Positions 8,961 through 18,384 of a stretch of 64,000 nt of DNA are shown here, one piece after another (the stretch's first letter is position 1; the number at the start of each line of letters is the position of its first letter). The stretch lies in contig CANJZQ010000001.1 in assembly GCA_947479535.1 (NCBI GenBank), positions 14,324 to 78,323 of the forward strand. The letters are read 5' to 3'. The notes below the pieces were generated by a model, which ran no database searches, had not been told where the DNA came from, and saw only the letters and a program-made list of their open reading frames with translations. This DNA comes from Oligoflexales bacterium (GTDB lineage Bacteria; Bdellovibrionota_B; Oligoflexia; Oligoflexales; RGVZ01). The translations under genes and the position numbers were made by a program.

Positions 8961-10130
8961 GTGCGGATTGCCATTGATGCACGAATGCTGAAGGCTGGGA
9001 CGATGCACGGGATTGCCCGTTATGTCCACGAATTGATCCGCTGCCTTCGCAGTGCTGGTGGCAATCACCAGTTTTTCATTTTCGTCAATGAAGGCAGTCC
9101 ACTGGAGTCGATGCCTTTGCCCTCAAACATGGAACTGATCAAGGCGCGCACACGTTGGATCAGCCTTTCGGAGCAGGTTGAATTACCAAGTCTTTTGCGC
9201 CGCTTGCGGGCCGACCTGTTTCATTCCCCGTCTTTTGTGGCACCCTTTTATTCCCCCTGCAAAACCATCATGACCATTCACGACCTGAATCACATGGTCT
9301 TGCCTCAGTTTTACACGCCATTCCACCAGGCCTATTACAGCTTTTTCGTGAAGCGCTGCATCAAGCGTTCAGAGGCGATTCTGACGGTGAGCCGTTTCAG
9401 CCGGGATGAAATCATCAGGACGTTAAAATTGCCGCCTGAGAAAGTAGCCGTGACGTACAACGGCGTCTCGCACAATTACCGCCGGGTCACTGACCTGGAG
9501 ACCCTGCAGTACGTGCGCGATATTTACGAACTTCCAGAACGGTTTGTGTTTTGTCTGACCAACAACAAGCCCCACAAGAATGTTCATCAGCTGGTTCGTG
9601 CCTACAGCTACTCTGGACTGAAGCATCCCCTCGTGCTGGCTTGTCCGTTTGATCCAGGAATTCTCAGTGTTGCCGAACAATATGGAAAAAAACATCTCGT
9701 GTTCTTTTCAAAGTTTATCAACGAGGAACATCTGCCGGCTGTCTATTCCTTGACCGATCTGTTTGTTTATCCGTCCACTTACGAGGGGTTCGGACTTCCC
9801 CCGCTGGAAGCGATGGCATGTGGGGCACCTGTTGTCGTTGCGCGCTCGTCCAGTTTGCCTGAAGTCGTGGGAGACCTCGCTATATTTGCCAATCCGTTTG
9901 ACTATCAGGATATGGCGCGCGCCCTGCGTGCGGGGATTGAGGACACCGCTGCCCGTACCCTGATGCAAGAAAACGGTCTTGCGCATGCGCTCCAGTTCTC
10001 GTGGGAGCAAATGGCCCGTCAGACCCTCGCGATCTATGAGGCATGTGGGCGTGGTTCCCATGTAGGAGAAATCGAGAACGCCTCTGGGTTGGAGCCGGTC
10101 GGAGGTATGGTTGATGCGCATTGGAATTAA
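8961..10130 (+). CDS. Glycosyltransferase, GT4 family (GT-B, Glycos_transf_1)
   Basis: Begins [12 protein letters not shown]7E region [35 protein letters not shown] before the GTG start. Confidence 0.85.
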   Translation: MRIAIDARMLKAGTMHGIARYVHELIRCLRSAGGNHQFFIFVNEGSPLESMPLPSNMELIKARTRWISLSEQVELPSLLRRLRADLFHSPSFVAPFYSPCKTIMTIHDLNHMVLPQFYTPFHQAYYSFFVKRCIKRSEAILTVSRFSRDEIIRTLKLPPEKVAVTYNGVSHNYRRVTDLETLQYVRDIYELPERFVFCLTNNKPHKNVHQLVRAYSYSGLKHPLVLACPFDPGILSVAEQYGKKHLVFFSKFINEEHLPAVYSLTDLFVYPSTYEGFGLPPLEAMACGAPVVVARSSSLPEVVGDLAIFANPFDYQDMARALRAGIEDTAARTLMQENGLAHALQFSWEQMARQTLAIYEACGRGSHVGEIENASGLEPVGGMVDAHWN

Positions 10131-11385
10131 CGGTCGTTTTCTTGTTGCCAAAAGAACCGGCGTGCAGCGCGCTGCCTTCAACCTGATCCGCACTCTGGTA
10201 GAGATCGACCGGGAGAATCAGTATTTGATTTTCACGGGACGCGGTCAGCTTGGACGGCCTGAATGGAATTATCCCAATGTCCAGGTTATTGAGTCAGACC
10301 TGCGCGAAGGCGAAAGTTTTTTGAACCATGTTTGGGAGCAGTTCTGGTTGCCGATTCTGGCACATCGCCACAAAGTCGACCTGCTCCATTCACCGGCGAA
10401 TGTCGCGCCACTCTTTTATCGTGGAGCTTCAGTGGTTCACATCCACGACTTGTGCTTCGTGGTGAATCCCCAGTGGTACAGCTTTACCTTTCGTACGGTT
10501 TATAATTTTATCATTCCGCGACTTGCCCGGCGCGCATCCCGGGTGATCACTTGCAGCAACAATTCAAAAAATGACCTGCTGCATTTTTGTCGCCTTACTG
10601 CGGACAAAGTCAGTCTCGTCTATTGGGCTGTGGATGATATTTTTCTCAAGCGTGCCACGGACGCATCCAGTGCGCGGGACGTGGAGGCAAAGGGCCTCGG
10701 CGAATTCATTTTGTATGTGGGATCTTTGGAACCACGAAAAAATATCAACACTCTGATCAAATCTTACGTTCAATTGCGCCGCAGCAACCCTCACTTGAAG
10801 CCAAAATTAGTTTTGATCGGTGGCGAGAGTCCGCTTTTTGCTGATGTGCAGCTGCGGGTCAAGGATTACGCCGGGGACATCGTCTTCAAGGGTTTTATTG
10901 ATGACGAGACCCTGCGGGCGTTTTATTCCAAGGCGGCCTTGGTGGCCTATCCCAGCCTGTACGAAGGATTCGGGCTTCCTCCTCTTGAGGCCATGGCCAG
11001 TGGGACACCCGTCATTACATCCGACGGTTCTTCGATTCCCGAGGTTGTTGGCGAGGCGGCGTTCATGATTGATCCGCGCAGCGTGGAGCAATTGACCAAC
11101 GCCATGGTGCGTTTATTGACCGATAAGGAATTGCGTCAGAAGCTTGTTGCGTTGGGCAAGATTCAAGTCGAGCGATTCAATTGGTACCGGGTTGCGCGGA
11201 ACACCCTGGCTGTCTACTATGAGGTCGCAAGTGAGGCTCGAGTGGCTGGCTATGGGTTGAATAAAGGCCCGGGCGAAGGATCAATCAATGCTAAATCTGT
11301 GCACCAGTTTGTCCCGTTGAAGACATGGAAGAATCTTGTGGCCCTCGAAGAGCGTCATTTGAACGCAATCCGGGCAGAATCTTAA
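10114..11385 (+). CDS. Glycosyltransferase, GT4 family
   Basis: Begins [10 protein letters not shown]. Contains [25 protein letters not shown]. Its start overlaps the end of the preceding GT4 gene. Confidence 0.85.
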   Translation: MRIGINGRFLVAKRTGVQRAAFNLIRTLVEIDRENQYLIFTGRGQLGRPEWNYPNVQVIESDLREGESFLNHVWEQFWLPILAHRHKVDLLHSPANVAPLFYRGASVVHIHDLCFVVNPQWYSFTFRTVYNFIIPRLARRASRVITCSNNSKNDLLHFCRLTADKVSLVYWAVDDIFLKRATDASSARDVEAKGLGEFILYVGSLEPRKNINTLIKSYVQLRRSNPHLKPKLVLIGGESPLFADVQLRVKDYAGDIVFKGFIDDETLRAFYSKAALVAYPSLYEGFGLPPLEAMASGTPVITSDGSSIPEVVGEAAFMIDPRSVEQLTNAMVRLLTDKELRQKLVALGKIQVERFNWYRVARNTLAVYYEVASEARVAGYGLNKGPGEGSINAKSVHQFVPLKTWKNLVALEERHLNAIRAES

Positions 11386-11413
11386 AACGTTCAAGCTTAG
11401 AGAGTTTTTTAAA

Positions 11414-12802
11414 ATGCAGCGCCAAAAAGTCAGCCAATTGCTGTCGTCCGGGTCTGCCGGACAAAAGATTTCCGTTTGCGGTTGGGTTAGAAGCCGTCGC
11501 GAATCTAAAAACTTTGCCTTTCTGGTCATCAACGATGGATCTTGTCAGGACACCCTCCAATGCGTGGTGGATGCCGGGACCCCGGCTTTTGACGTCCTTT
11601 CCCGGTGCCAAACCGGCGCGGCGGTCCGGATCGAGGGCATCCTCAAGGAGTCCCAGGGTAAGGGCCAGGCATGGGAAGTTCAGACTTCTGCGATTGAGGT
11701 TTTTGGTGAGGCCGATCCCGAGACTTACCCCCTGCAGAAGAAGGGTCATACCTTAGAGTTTTTACGTGATATTGCCCACTTGCGCCCGCGGACGAATACA
11801 TTTGGTGCGGTTTTCCGATTGCGCAGTGCTTTGGCCTGGCATGTTCATGATTTTTTCCAGTCGCGCGGATTTCGCTGGGTTCACACGCCGATTGTGACGG
11901 CCAGTGATTGTGAAGGTGCCGGTGAAATGTTTACCGTCACCACGATGGACCTGTCGAAAATCAAAACCGGTCCGGGTGGAGCGGTCGACTACGGCCAAGA
12001 TTTCTTCAAGAAGCACGCCCACTTGACGGTCAGCGGCCAGCTGGAAGGCGAGTTCATGGCCATGGGGCTGGGCGATGTTTATACGTTTGGTCCGACCTTC
12101 AGGGCAGAAAACTCAAACACAACCCGGCACTTGTCCGAATTCTGGATGATTGAACCAGAGATGGCTTTTGCCACATTGAAGGACAACATGGTCCTGGCCG
12201 AGGATTTTTTGAAGCACCTGTTTGCCGGAGCCGTAAAGGATTGCCGGCCGGAGCTTGAGTTTCTTGAAAAGCAGTATCAGACCATGAAAATCGATGATCT
12301 CGCGCGGCTGGCCGAGTCCAAGTTTGCCCACATGACCTACACGGATGCCGTGGCCGAACTGAAAAAGGCGCCTGTGAAATTTGAATTTCCCGTGGAGTGG
12401 GGGATCGACTTGCAGTCGGAGCACGAGCGTTATTTGACCGATGTGGTGTTTAAAGCGCCGGTCATCGTGACGGATTATCCCAAGGGAATCAAGGCCTTCT
12501 ACATGAAGCAGAATCCCGACGGGAAGACTGTTGCAGCAATGGATGTCTTGGCCCCGAGGATCGGCGAAATCATTGGCGGTAGCCAGCGGGAAGACCGCTT
12601 GGACTTGCTGCAAGGCAGAATGCTGGAAATGAGCCTGCCTGTGGATGAGATGCAGTGGTATCTGGATCTTCGCCGCTACGGATCTTGTCCGCACGCTGGA
12701 TTTGGGCTGGGCTTTGAGCGTTTGGTCCAGTATGTCAGTGGCATGGGCAACATCCGGGACGTGATTCCCTGCCCTCGGGCCCCTGGGCTCATCAGTTATT
12801 AA
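11414..12802 (+). CDS. asnS: Asparagine--tRNA ligase
   Basis: OB-fold N-terminus ([25 protein letters not shown]) and class II motifs [24 protein letters not shown] and GFGLGFERL. Confidence 0.95.
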   Translation: MQRQKVSQLLSSGSAGQKISVCGWVRSRRESKNFAFLVINDGSCQDTLQCVVDAGTPAFDVLSRCQTGAAVRIEGILKESQGKGQAWEVQTSAIEVFGEADPETYPLQKKGHTLEFLRDIAHLRPRTNTFGAVFRLRSALAWHVHDFFQSRGFRWVHTPIVTASDCEGAGEMFTVTTMDLSKIKTGPGGAVDYGQDFFKKHAHLTVSGQLEGEFMAMGLGDVYTFGPTFRAENSNTTRHLSEFWMIEPEMAFATLKDNMVLAEDFLKHLFAGAVKDCRPELEFLEKQYQTMKIDDLARLAESKFAHMTYTDAVAELKKAPVKFEFPVEWGIDLQSEHERYLTDVVFKAPVIVTDYPKGIKAFYMKQNPDGKTVAAMDVLAPRIGEIIGGSQREDRLDLLQGRMLEMSLPVDEMQWYLDLRRYGSCPHAGFGLGFERLVQYVSGMGNIRDVIPCPRAPGLISY

Positions 12803-12835
12803 TTGGTTACCGTTCAGGACAGGTTCAGTCTTGTG

Positions 12836-12864
12836 TTGACGGTCCGGTGCAGGTTCAGTTATAC
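12836..12864 (+). promoter_or_regulatory. Putative sigma70-type promoter for rplM-rpsI
   Basis: TTGACG (12836-12841), a 17-nt spacer, then TTATAC (12859-12864), about 50 nt upstream of the rplM ATG. Confidence 0.35.
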
Positions 12865-12916
12865 GCACAGCCTGTTTTGCGATTTTTGAGTGCGATCCTT
12901 TTGGAGTTCCTGGTTC

Positions 12917-13369
12917 ATGAAAACCTACAGTGTGAAGCCAGCAGACATTAAAAAGCAGTGGGTTGTGGTTGATGCCGCAGACCAGACTGTTGGTCGTTTG
13001 GCAACCGAAGTGGCCCGCGTTTTGCGCGGCAAGCACAAGCCTACTTTTGTCCCTCATCTAGATACCGGCGACTTTGTCGTGGTCATCAATGCCGAGAAGG
13101 TCAAGTTCACAGGCAACAAGATGAAAGACAAGTTTTACCATCACCACACTGGTTGGATCGGCGGGATCAAATCGATCTCGGCGGAAACCATGTTGGCCAA
13201 GAAGCCCGAGCGCATCCTTGAGCACGCCATCCGCGGCATGCTCCCCAAGGGCCCGCTTGGTCGCAAGGTCGGTTTGAATTTGAAGGTGTATGCTGGCAGC
13301 GAGCATCCCCATGCCGCCCAGAAGCCGGTGGCGATGCAACCCCGTATGCCAAAAAGTGGAGCCCGTTAA
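12917..13369 (+). CDS. rplM: 50S ribosomal protein L13
   Basis: [42 protein letters not shown] is the canonical L13 N-terminus. Confidence 0.95.
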   Translation: MKTYSVKPADIKKQWVVVDAADQTVGRLATEVARVLRGKHKPTFVPHLDTGDFVVVINAEKVKFTGNKMKDKFYHHHTGWIGGIKSISAETMLAKKPERILEHAIRGMLPKGPLGRKVGLNLKVYAGSEHPHAAQKPVAMQPRMPKSGAR

Positions 13370-13372
13370 GCC

Positions 13373-13768
13373 ATGGCAAAAGTTAAATACCTGCATGCAG
13401 TAGGCAAACGTAAAACCGCGATCGCTCGCGTTTACATGAAGCCGGGTACCGGTTTGATCACGATCAATAAGCGTCCGATGGACGTTTACATGCTTCGCGA
13501 CACGTCGAAAATGATGATCATGCAACCCCTCGAGCTCACAGACTGTGTCGGCAAGTACGACATTCTGGTGAACGTACTCGGCGGTGGCCTCAATGGTCAG
13601 GCAGGCGCGATTCGCCATGCCATCTCCCGCGTCCTTGGCGAGACTGATCCAGATATGCGCAAAGTGCTTAAGTCAAACGGCTTGATCACCCGCGATGCCC
13701 GTAAAAAAGAACGTAAGATGTACGGTTTGGCTGGTGCACGCCGGCGGTTCCAGTACTCGAAGCGTTAA
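13373..13768 (+). CDS. rpsI: 30S ribosomal protein S9
   Basis: [19 protein letters not shown] and the C-terminal [10 protein letters not shown]. It starts 4 nt after rplM. Confidence 0.95.
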   Translation: MAKVKYLHAVGKRKTAIARVYMKPGTGLITINKRPMDVYMLRDTSKMMIMQPLELTDCVGKYDILVNVLGGGLNGQAGAIRHAISRVLGETDPDMRKVLKSNGLITRDARKKERKMYGLAGARRRFQYSKR

Positions 13769-13782
13769 TCGCTTGTTGTTAC

Positions 13783-13816
13783 AAAAACTGCCAGTGCGAG
13801 CTGGCAGTTTTTTTTT
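13783..13816 (+). terminator. Rho-independent terminator after rpsI
   Basis: Stem AAAAACTGCCAG / CTGGCAGTTTTT with a 6-nt loop (TGCGAG), followed by a 9-T run. Confidence 0.75.
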
Positions 13817-13832
13817 ACCTGAGGGGGCACCT

Positions 13833-14162
13833 ATGTCTGACAATATTGATGATCTAAGCGTAGAGTTTACCCAAGATGACCGCCTTGTCGTGAAGCAGGT
13901 CGATAAAAAGATCCTGACCCGCGGCAATTGGACGACGATCATGTACAAGTTCGTGGAAATGGACAAGAAGACTGGCGAGTACGGGCAGCCAAAGGTTTCC
14001 ATCCGTCGCTATCAGAAGCGCAGTGGCATTTATAAGATGCAAAGCAAATTCAACATCAGCAGTGGCAAGCAAGCTCACATGATTTCAACCGCGCTCCTTG
14101 GTTGGTTCACGGATGCCTCCCCGGGTGCTGATGATGCAAAAGACGAGTCCAGTGACGACTAG
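13833..14162 (+). CDS. Small hypothetical protein (109 aa) with an acidic tail
   Basis: GAGGGGG RBS before ATG 13833. The gene is bracketed by two intrinsic terminators. No family recognised. Confidence 0.5.
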   Translation: MSDNIDDLSVEFTQDDRLVVKQVDKKILTRGNWTTIMYKFVEMDKKTGEYGQPKVSIRRYQKRSGIYKMQSKFNISSGKQAHMISTALLGWFTDASPGADDAKDESSDD

Positions 14163-14194
14163 CGGGCACTCGTTCGAATTTATGGTTATTCAAA

Positions 14195-14222
14195 GCCGCC
14201 AGACTACTGGCGGTTTTTTTTT
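14195..14222 (+). terminator. Rho-independent terminator
   Basis: 7-8 bp GC-rich stem GCCGCCAG/CTGGCGGT, loop ACTA, then a 9-T run. It overlaps the 3' end of the convergent gene 14204..14983. Confidence 0.6.
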
Positions 14223-14983
14223 ACCCAATTGAGCGCCTTGGCGAAATCACATCCTGGTCCGCTGGTCAGCCATGCGGCAGGGTCGATATCGAAAACGGTG
14301 AATTTACGGACGGGTAGGGGGTTTGGCGTCAATATTGGCGAGCCGATATCGTGGATCACTTGTTTGCTAGCAGCGGTGGATGTGCCGCAGATATCGATCA
14401 TGTGGTCGTGGGTGTGTTTGTCTGCAGGCATAATCCTGAGAGAGCCAGCATTTTCCAAAATGATGCAGTGGGCTGTGATGAGTTGCACGAGTGCTTTGGC
14501 GCCAGGTTGACCCGCGCTTTCATCCAGTAAAATGACCAACTCGGTTGCCGTGAATGTTGAGTAGATGGCATGGGTTTCTGCCCAGCCAAGATGCTTTTCC
14601 TCGAAGGCAGTGGGGATTTTTTTTTCCCTGATTTGAGCTTGGACCGGGTTTAATTTCAGCGCCCAACGTCCAGCGATGTTAGGAAGTTGGAGGGGGTGAC
14701 GGGAATTTGACGGTGTAAATCCTGCGGGAGCTCGCAAGGATAAGGTTTGCAGAGGAGCGGCGGTTGCTGCAAAATAATCAGTATCAGCAACCTCCCAAGC
14801 AATCGCCGGGTACCACATCAGATCTCCGGAGTGGATTGTGAGCCGCAGGTTGAGGGTCGGAGTGCGCGGACGCTCAAAAGGGGTGTGCGACCTGGTTTTG
14901 TTTCTGTTCAGCATTGACCGTGTTTCCGAAAGTGTTTCTTGAAGTTTATTGCGCCATTCACTGAAGTCAACCGACAGCGGCAT
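14204..14983 (-). CDS. Hypothetical protein, start uncertain
   Basis: 259-codon ORF with no motif I recognise. The annotated start lies only 14 nt from the divergent bactofilin start, so an internal Met (aa 24 or 56) may be the true start. Confidence 0.45.
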   Translation of the reverse strand: MPLSVDFSEWRNKLQETLSETRSMLNRNKTRSHTPFERPRTPTLNLRLTIHSGDLMWYPAIAWEVADTDYFAATAAPLQTLSLRAPAGFTPSNSRHPLQLPNIAGRWALKLNPVQAQIREKKIPTAFEEKHLGWAETHAIYSTFTATELVILLDESAGQPGAKALVQLITAHCIILENAGSLRIMPADKHTHDHMIDICGTSTAASKQVIHDIGSPILTPNPLPVRKFTVFDIDPAAWLTSGPGCDFAKALNWVKKNRQ

Positions 14984-14997
14984 ACGAGGGAGATCTC

Positions 14998-15498
14998 ATG
15001 TTCGGCAAGAGTCAGCAAAACCAAGGCGCGCAGCGCCCACAAAAGAAATCTATCACAACCGGTCGCGATGCGGCCGTAACCATCCTGACCAGTGGTTGCC
15101 ATTTCAGTGGAAAACTTTACTGCCGGGGATCGAGTCGCATCGGCGGCAAGATCGAAGGACAGATCATCTCTGAGGGCATCCTGATCATTGAAGAGGGTGC
15201 GACCATTTTGGCCGAAGTCAAGGCCGACGAAGTCATCATTCAGGGTAAGGTTAATGGCCGCCTCGAGGCAAAAATCCGTGCGGAACTTTATCCCCAAAGC
15301 CGTTTCGATGGCGATATCGTCACGCCGGTCTTGGTCATCAATGAGGGAGCCCAATTCAATGGCCGCTCCATCATGAGCCATGGAGCCTCGGCCTCCTCTC
15401 ATCAGACAACCGATGGCCGCAAGTCCAGGGTCCTTCCGATGGCGGCAGGGTCATCTGGGGGGGATGGTTCTGCTGCACCGGAGATCAAAGTCAACTGA
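14998..15498 (+). CDS. Bactofilin (polymer-forming cytoskeletal protein, DUF583)
   Basis: Repetitive beta-helix pattern: ILTSGCHFSGKLYCRGSSRIGGKIEGQIISEGILIIEEGATILAEVKADEVIIQGKVNGRLEA. GAGGGAG RBS. Confidence 0.85.
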   Translation: MFGKSQQNQGAQRPQKKSITTGRDAAVTILTSGCHFSGKLYCRGSSRIGGKIEGQIISEGILIIEEGATILAEVKADEVIIQGKVNGRLEAKIRAELYPQSRFDGDIVTPVLVINEGAQFNGRSIMSHGASASSHQTTDGRKSRVLPMAAGSSGGDGSAAPEIKVN

Positions 15499-15509
15499 GC
15501 GTCGAACCA

Positions 15510-16169
15510 TTGCGCTTTTCCTTTTCTAAAGTAGATGGTTTTGCTGCGGGATCGTTGCCAGCGACCTTGGCCAATGTAAGTCCTTTGCCGCCCGATTGGA
15601 ACCTGGTCCAGGCCACAGGGCTGGGGAACCAGGATCCTTTAAGTTCCTCAAACGATTCAAGGCCGCCGCGCCTCAGTGCGGTGGCGTTTCTTTTTCTACC
15701 CCCCCAAGTTTCCGGGGCGCCGGCTGAAGTTTTATTGATTCGCCGTGGTGCACATTATGGGTCGCACCGCGGGCAAATGGGTCTCGCTGGCGGACGGGCA
15801 GAATCTGCAGACGTTGGACCGAGTGATACTTTGATCCGCGAGCTCCATGAGGAGCTCGGTATACCAGGCGAAGTCCTCAATTTTCATGGTCATCTGGCCG
15901 TTCGGCGTGCCATCGACGGCTCTGTTGTGCTGCCATGTGTCGTCACGGCCCGCTGGGCACCGCGTGATATAAAGGCTGCTCCTGATGAAGTTGCTTCGGT
16001 CAGCCTTGCGCCCTGGACGTCGCTAACCAATGCAATGCGTTCCTCATTTGCCTTCACGATGTTTGGTGTCCGCCGGGAATCGACCCTCTATCGCGTTGAC
16101 GGAGCGACGGTTTGGGGGTTGACTGCTTCCATCATCAATACGGCAGACATGCTGCCGCCAGATGAATAA
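15510..16169 (+). CDS. NUDIX hydrolase, CoA pyrophosphatase-like
   Basis: LLIRRGAHYGSHRGQMGLAGGRAE matches the CoA-pyrophosphatase signature. The Nudix box reads GPSDTLIRELHEELGI. The TTG start is uncertain. Confidence 0.75.
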   Translation: MRFSFSKVDGFAAGSLPATLANVSPLPPDWNLVQATGLGNQDPLSSSNDSRPPRLSAVAFLFLPPQVSGAPAEVLLIRRGAHYGSHRGQMGLAGGRAESADVGPSDTLIRELHEELGIPGEVLNFHGHLAVRRAIDGSVVLPCVVTARWAPRDIKAAPDEVASVSLAPWTSLTNAMRSSFAFTMFGVRRESTLYRVDGATVWGLTASIINTADMLPPDE

Positions 16170-16198
16170 ATTTGAAATCCTGAACGTCTATCCATGGA

Positions 16199-16570
16199 GT
16201 GATGAATCGCATGAGAATGATGTCCATTTATTCAGGTGTCCTTGTTTGTTTTTTTGTCGTGTCCGGTTGCACGCAAGAACTTCAAAATAAAGTGTCGCGC
16301 AGCATTCAGAACTGGACCGGGACGGACGGCGTGCTGGATGTGATCAGCGACGGAAAAGTCATGTACCGTTTTATCAAGATTGATAAAATCAGCACGGCGC
16401 AGGCGACGGGAGACCGCGAGACGGCACGACCGTATCGCTATGGTTATGGGGTATTGGATATCAATCAGAACTTTATTCAGGATGAGAACGAGCGTAAGAT
16501 TTATTTCGAATTTAGCGATTTTAGTACGAGTTACGTTTTTTACGAAAATCCAGGCATCGTTTCCCGATAA
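16199..16570 (+). CDS. Small hypothetical lipoprotein
   Basis: Signal peptide with lipobox VVSGC. No family recognised. The start codon is ambiguous (GTG/ATG cluster at 16199-16220). Confidence 0.5.
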   Translation: MMNRMRMMSIYSGVLVCFFVVSGCTQELQNKVSRSIQNWTGTDGVLDVISDGKVMYRFIKIDKISTAQATGDRETARPYRYGYGVLDINQNFIQDENERKIYFEFSDFSTSYVFYENPGIVSR

Positions 16571-16582
16571 AGGGGCCGAAAA

Positions 16583-18373
16583 TTGCGCACCCAGGATTCC
16601 CTTCCGGCTTATCTGAAGCGCTACGTTGTTGCTCAGAATTATGAGCGCTACACCCCGACCGAGCATGCAACCTGGCGTTACATCATGCGCCGGGCCCGCG
16701 ATTTTTTTTCGCGTCACGCTGTTTCTTCGTATGCCGAGGGAATTTCTCAGACCGGTATCCCAATGGACCGGATTCCAAAGATTGATGAGATCGACACCCA
16801 CTTGCAAAAATTCGGCTGGGGTGCGATCGGTGTGAGTGGTTTTATTCCGCCGGCAGCTTTTCTGGACTTTCAGACCCGCAACATCATGCCCATTGCGATG
16901 GACATGCGGACTTTGGAGCATCTCGCCTACACTCCGGCTCCCGACATTGTTCATGAAGCAGCTGGTCATGTTCCAATCCTGTTCGATCCTGCCTATCGTA
17001 ACTATCTTGGGCGTTATGCCAAGATGGCTAACAAGTCGATCATTTCATCGGAGGATGTTCGCCTGTACGAAGCGATCCGCTGGTTGTCCGACATCAAGGA
17101 GAATCCGGATGCCACCAAGGTTGAAATTGACGCTGCTGGGGAGATGCTGAAGCAGGCCTATGAGGGAATCTCCCACACATCGGAAATGACCAAGGTCGGT
17201 CGGATGGCGTGGTGGACGGCAGAGTATGGTTTGGTGGGTGATTTAAAAAATCCCAAGATTTATGGCGCTGGCTTATTGTCCTCGATTGGTGAGAGCGAGG
17301 TTTGCCTGTCAGACAAAGTTCGAAAGATTCGTCTGACAGTCGACTGCGTGGAGATGGGGTATGACATCACCGAGCCGCAGCCGCAGCTTTTCGTTGCCCA
17401 ATCCCTGGAAGAGTTGCCTGAAATTCTCGAGCAACTTGAATCAACGTTGGCTTTTCGGTGTGGCGGAATTTCGGGAATGCATCAGGCCCTGCTGTCCAAG
17501 GCGGTGTGCACGGTGGTGATGGATTCAGGCGCTTCGGCGAGCGGTGTCATTGAGTTTTTTGAAAACAGTGAATCTGTTGATTTCGTCAAATTCAGTGGGC
17601 CGGTTCAGTTGGCTCATCATGAAAAACAGTTGTCTGCCCAAGGGCGTGAGCGCCATGGTGAAGGATTCAGCAGTCCGGTTGGATTTTTTGCTTTTGCTCC
17701 CTCGAAACCTCCGCACCTGCTGCGTGATGACGAGTTGAAGGCCGCAGGTATTGTCGTCGGAGCACGCTCCACCATTGATTTCGTTTCTGGTTTTAAGGTG
17801 CGGGGCATGTTGAAACGCATCGTGCGGCAGGGCAATTCGATTGTTTATATGACTTTTGATGATTGCACGGTTTCTCGTGGTGGAAAGCACTACTACGAAC
17901 CTGCATGGGGCGAATTCGAAATGCTAGTTGGTAGTACCGTGGTTTCAGTTCACGGTGGACCGGCGGATCGTCAGGCATACGGCGAATACGAATTAGGTCA
18001 AGTCAGTAGCTCCCCTGGACGGGCTTCGCCTTTCACTGATCATGAAAAAGAGATGTTTCGTTCCTATTCGGCGATCAGGGAAATCCGGGGACGGCATGTT
18101 GTAGGTCTCATGGCCACACCTCGCAATTTGGAAGAGGCTTCCCCGAAAGACGCTGTTTTGCTGGCAGGACTGGCGGATCAGGTGATCAAAAAAAATCCTG
18201 GGGAATGGCTGATTGGTTTGGAGTTGCTCGAGTTGGCGTCCCAGCGTCCAACTTTGAGTGGAGCCTGGGTTGGGCCGTTGCGTGAGATCATCACCAGCCA
18301 TGCGCATGGCTGCGGTGGGATCTCGTCAGAATTACTGATCCGGGGAATTGAGCTCCTCAATGTCGCCGATTAG
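16583..18373 (+). CDS. Aromatic amino acid (phenylalanine-4-) hydroxylase-like protein with a ~300-aa C-terminal extension
   Basis: N-terminal half carries Biopterin_H hallmarks: YTPTEHATWRYIM, the Fe-ligand motif PDIVHEAAGHVPIL and WWTAEYGLV (Glu ligand). The C-terminal half has no motif I recognise. TTG start. Confidence 0.75.
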   Translation: MRTQDSLPAYLKRYVVAQNYERYTPTEHATWRYIMRRARDFFSRHAVSSYAEGISQTGIPMDRIPKIDEIDTHLQKFGWGAIGVSGFIPPAAFLDFQTRNIMPIAMDMRTLEHLAYTPAPDIVHEAAGHVPILFDPAYRNYLGRYAKMANKSIISSEDVRLYEAIRWLSDIKENPDATKVEIDAAGEMLKQAYEGISHTSEMTKVGRMAWWTAEYGLVGDLKNPKIYGAGLLSSIGESEVCLSDKVRKIRLTVDCVEMGYDITEPQPQLFVAQSLEELPEILEQLESTLAFRCGGISGMHQALLSKAVCTVVMDSGASASGVIEFFENSESVDFVKFSGPVQLAHHEKQLSAQGRERHGEGFSSPVGFFAFAPSKPPHLLRDDELKAAGIVVGARSTIDFVSGFKVRGMLKRIVRQGNSIVYMTFDDCTVSRGGKHYYEPAWGEFEMLVGSTVVSVHGGPADRQAYGEYELGQVSSSPGRASPFTDHEKEMFRSYSAIREIRGRHVVGLMATPRNLEEASPKDAVLLAGLADQVIKKNPGEWLIGLELLELASQRPTLSGAWVGPLREIITSHAHGCGGISSELLIRGIELLNVAD

Positions 18374-18384
18374 ATGTTTTTTTT

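Noticed and set aside
12113-13057. 314-aa minus-strand ORF
   Set aside because: It lies antisense to the strongly supported asnS 3' half and rplM 5' end. Its composition is low-complexity and no motif is present. It is a typical shadow ORF.
16232-16969. 245-aa minus-strand ORF
   Set aside because: It is antisense to the lipoprotein gene and the conserved N-terminus of the hydroxylase-like gene, so it is a shadow ORF.
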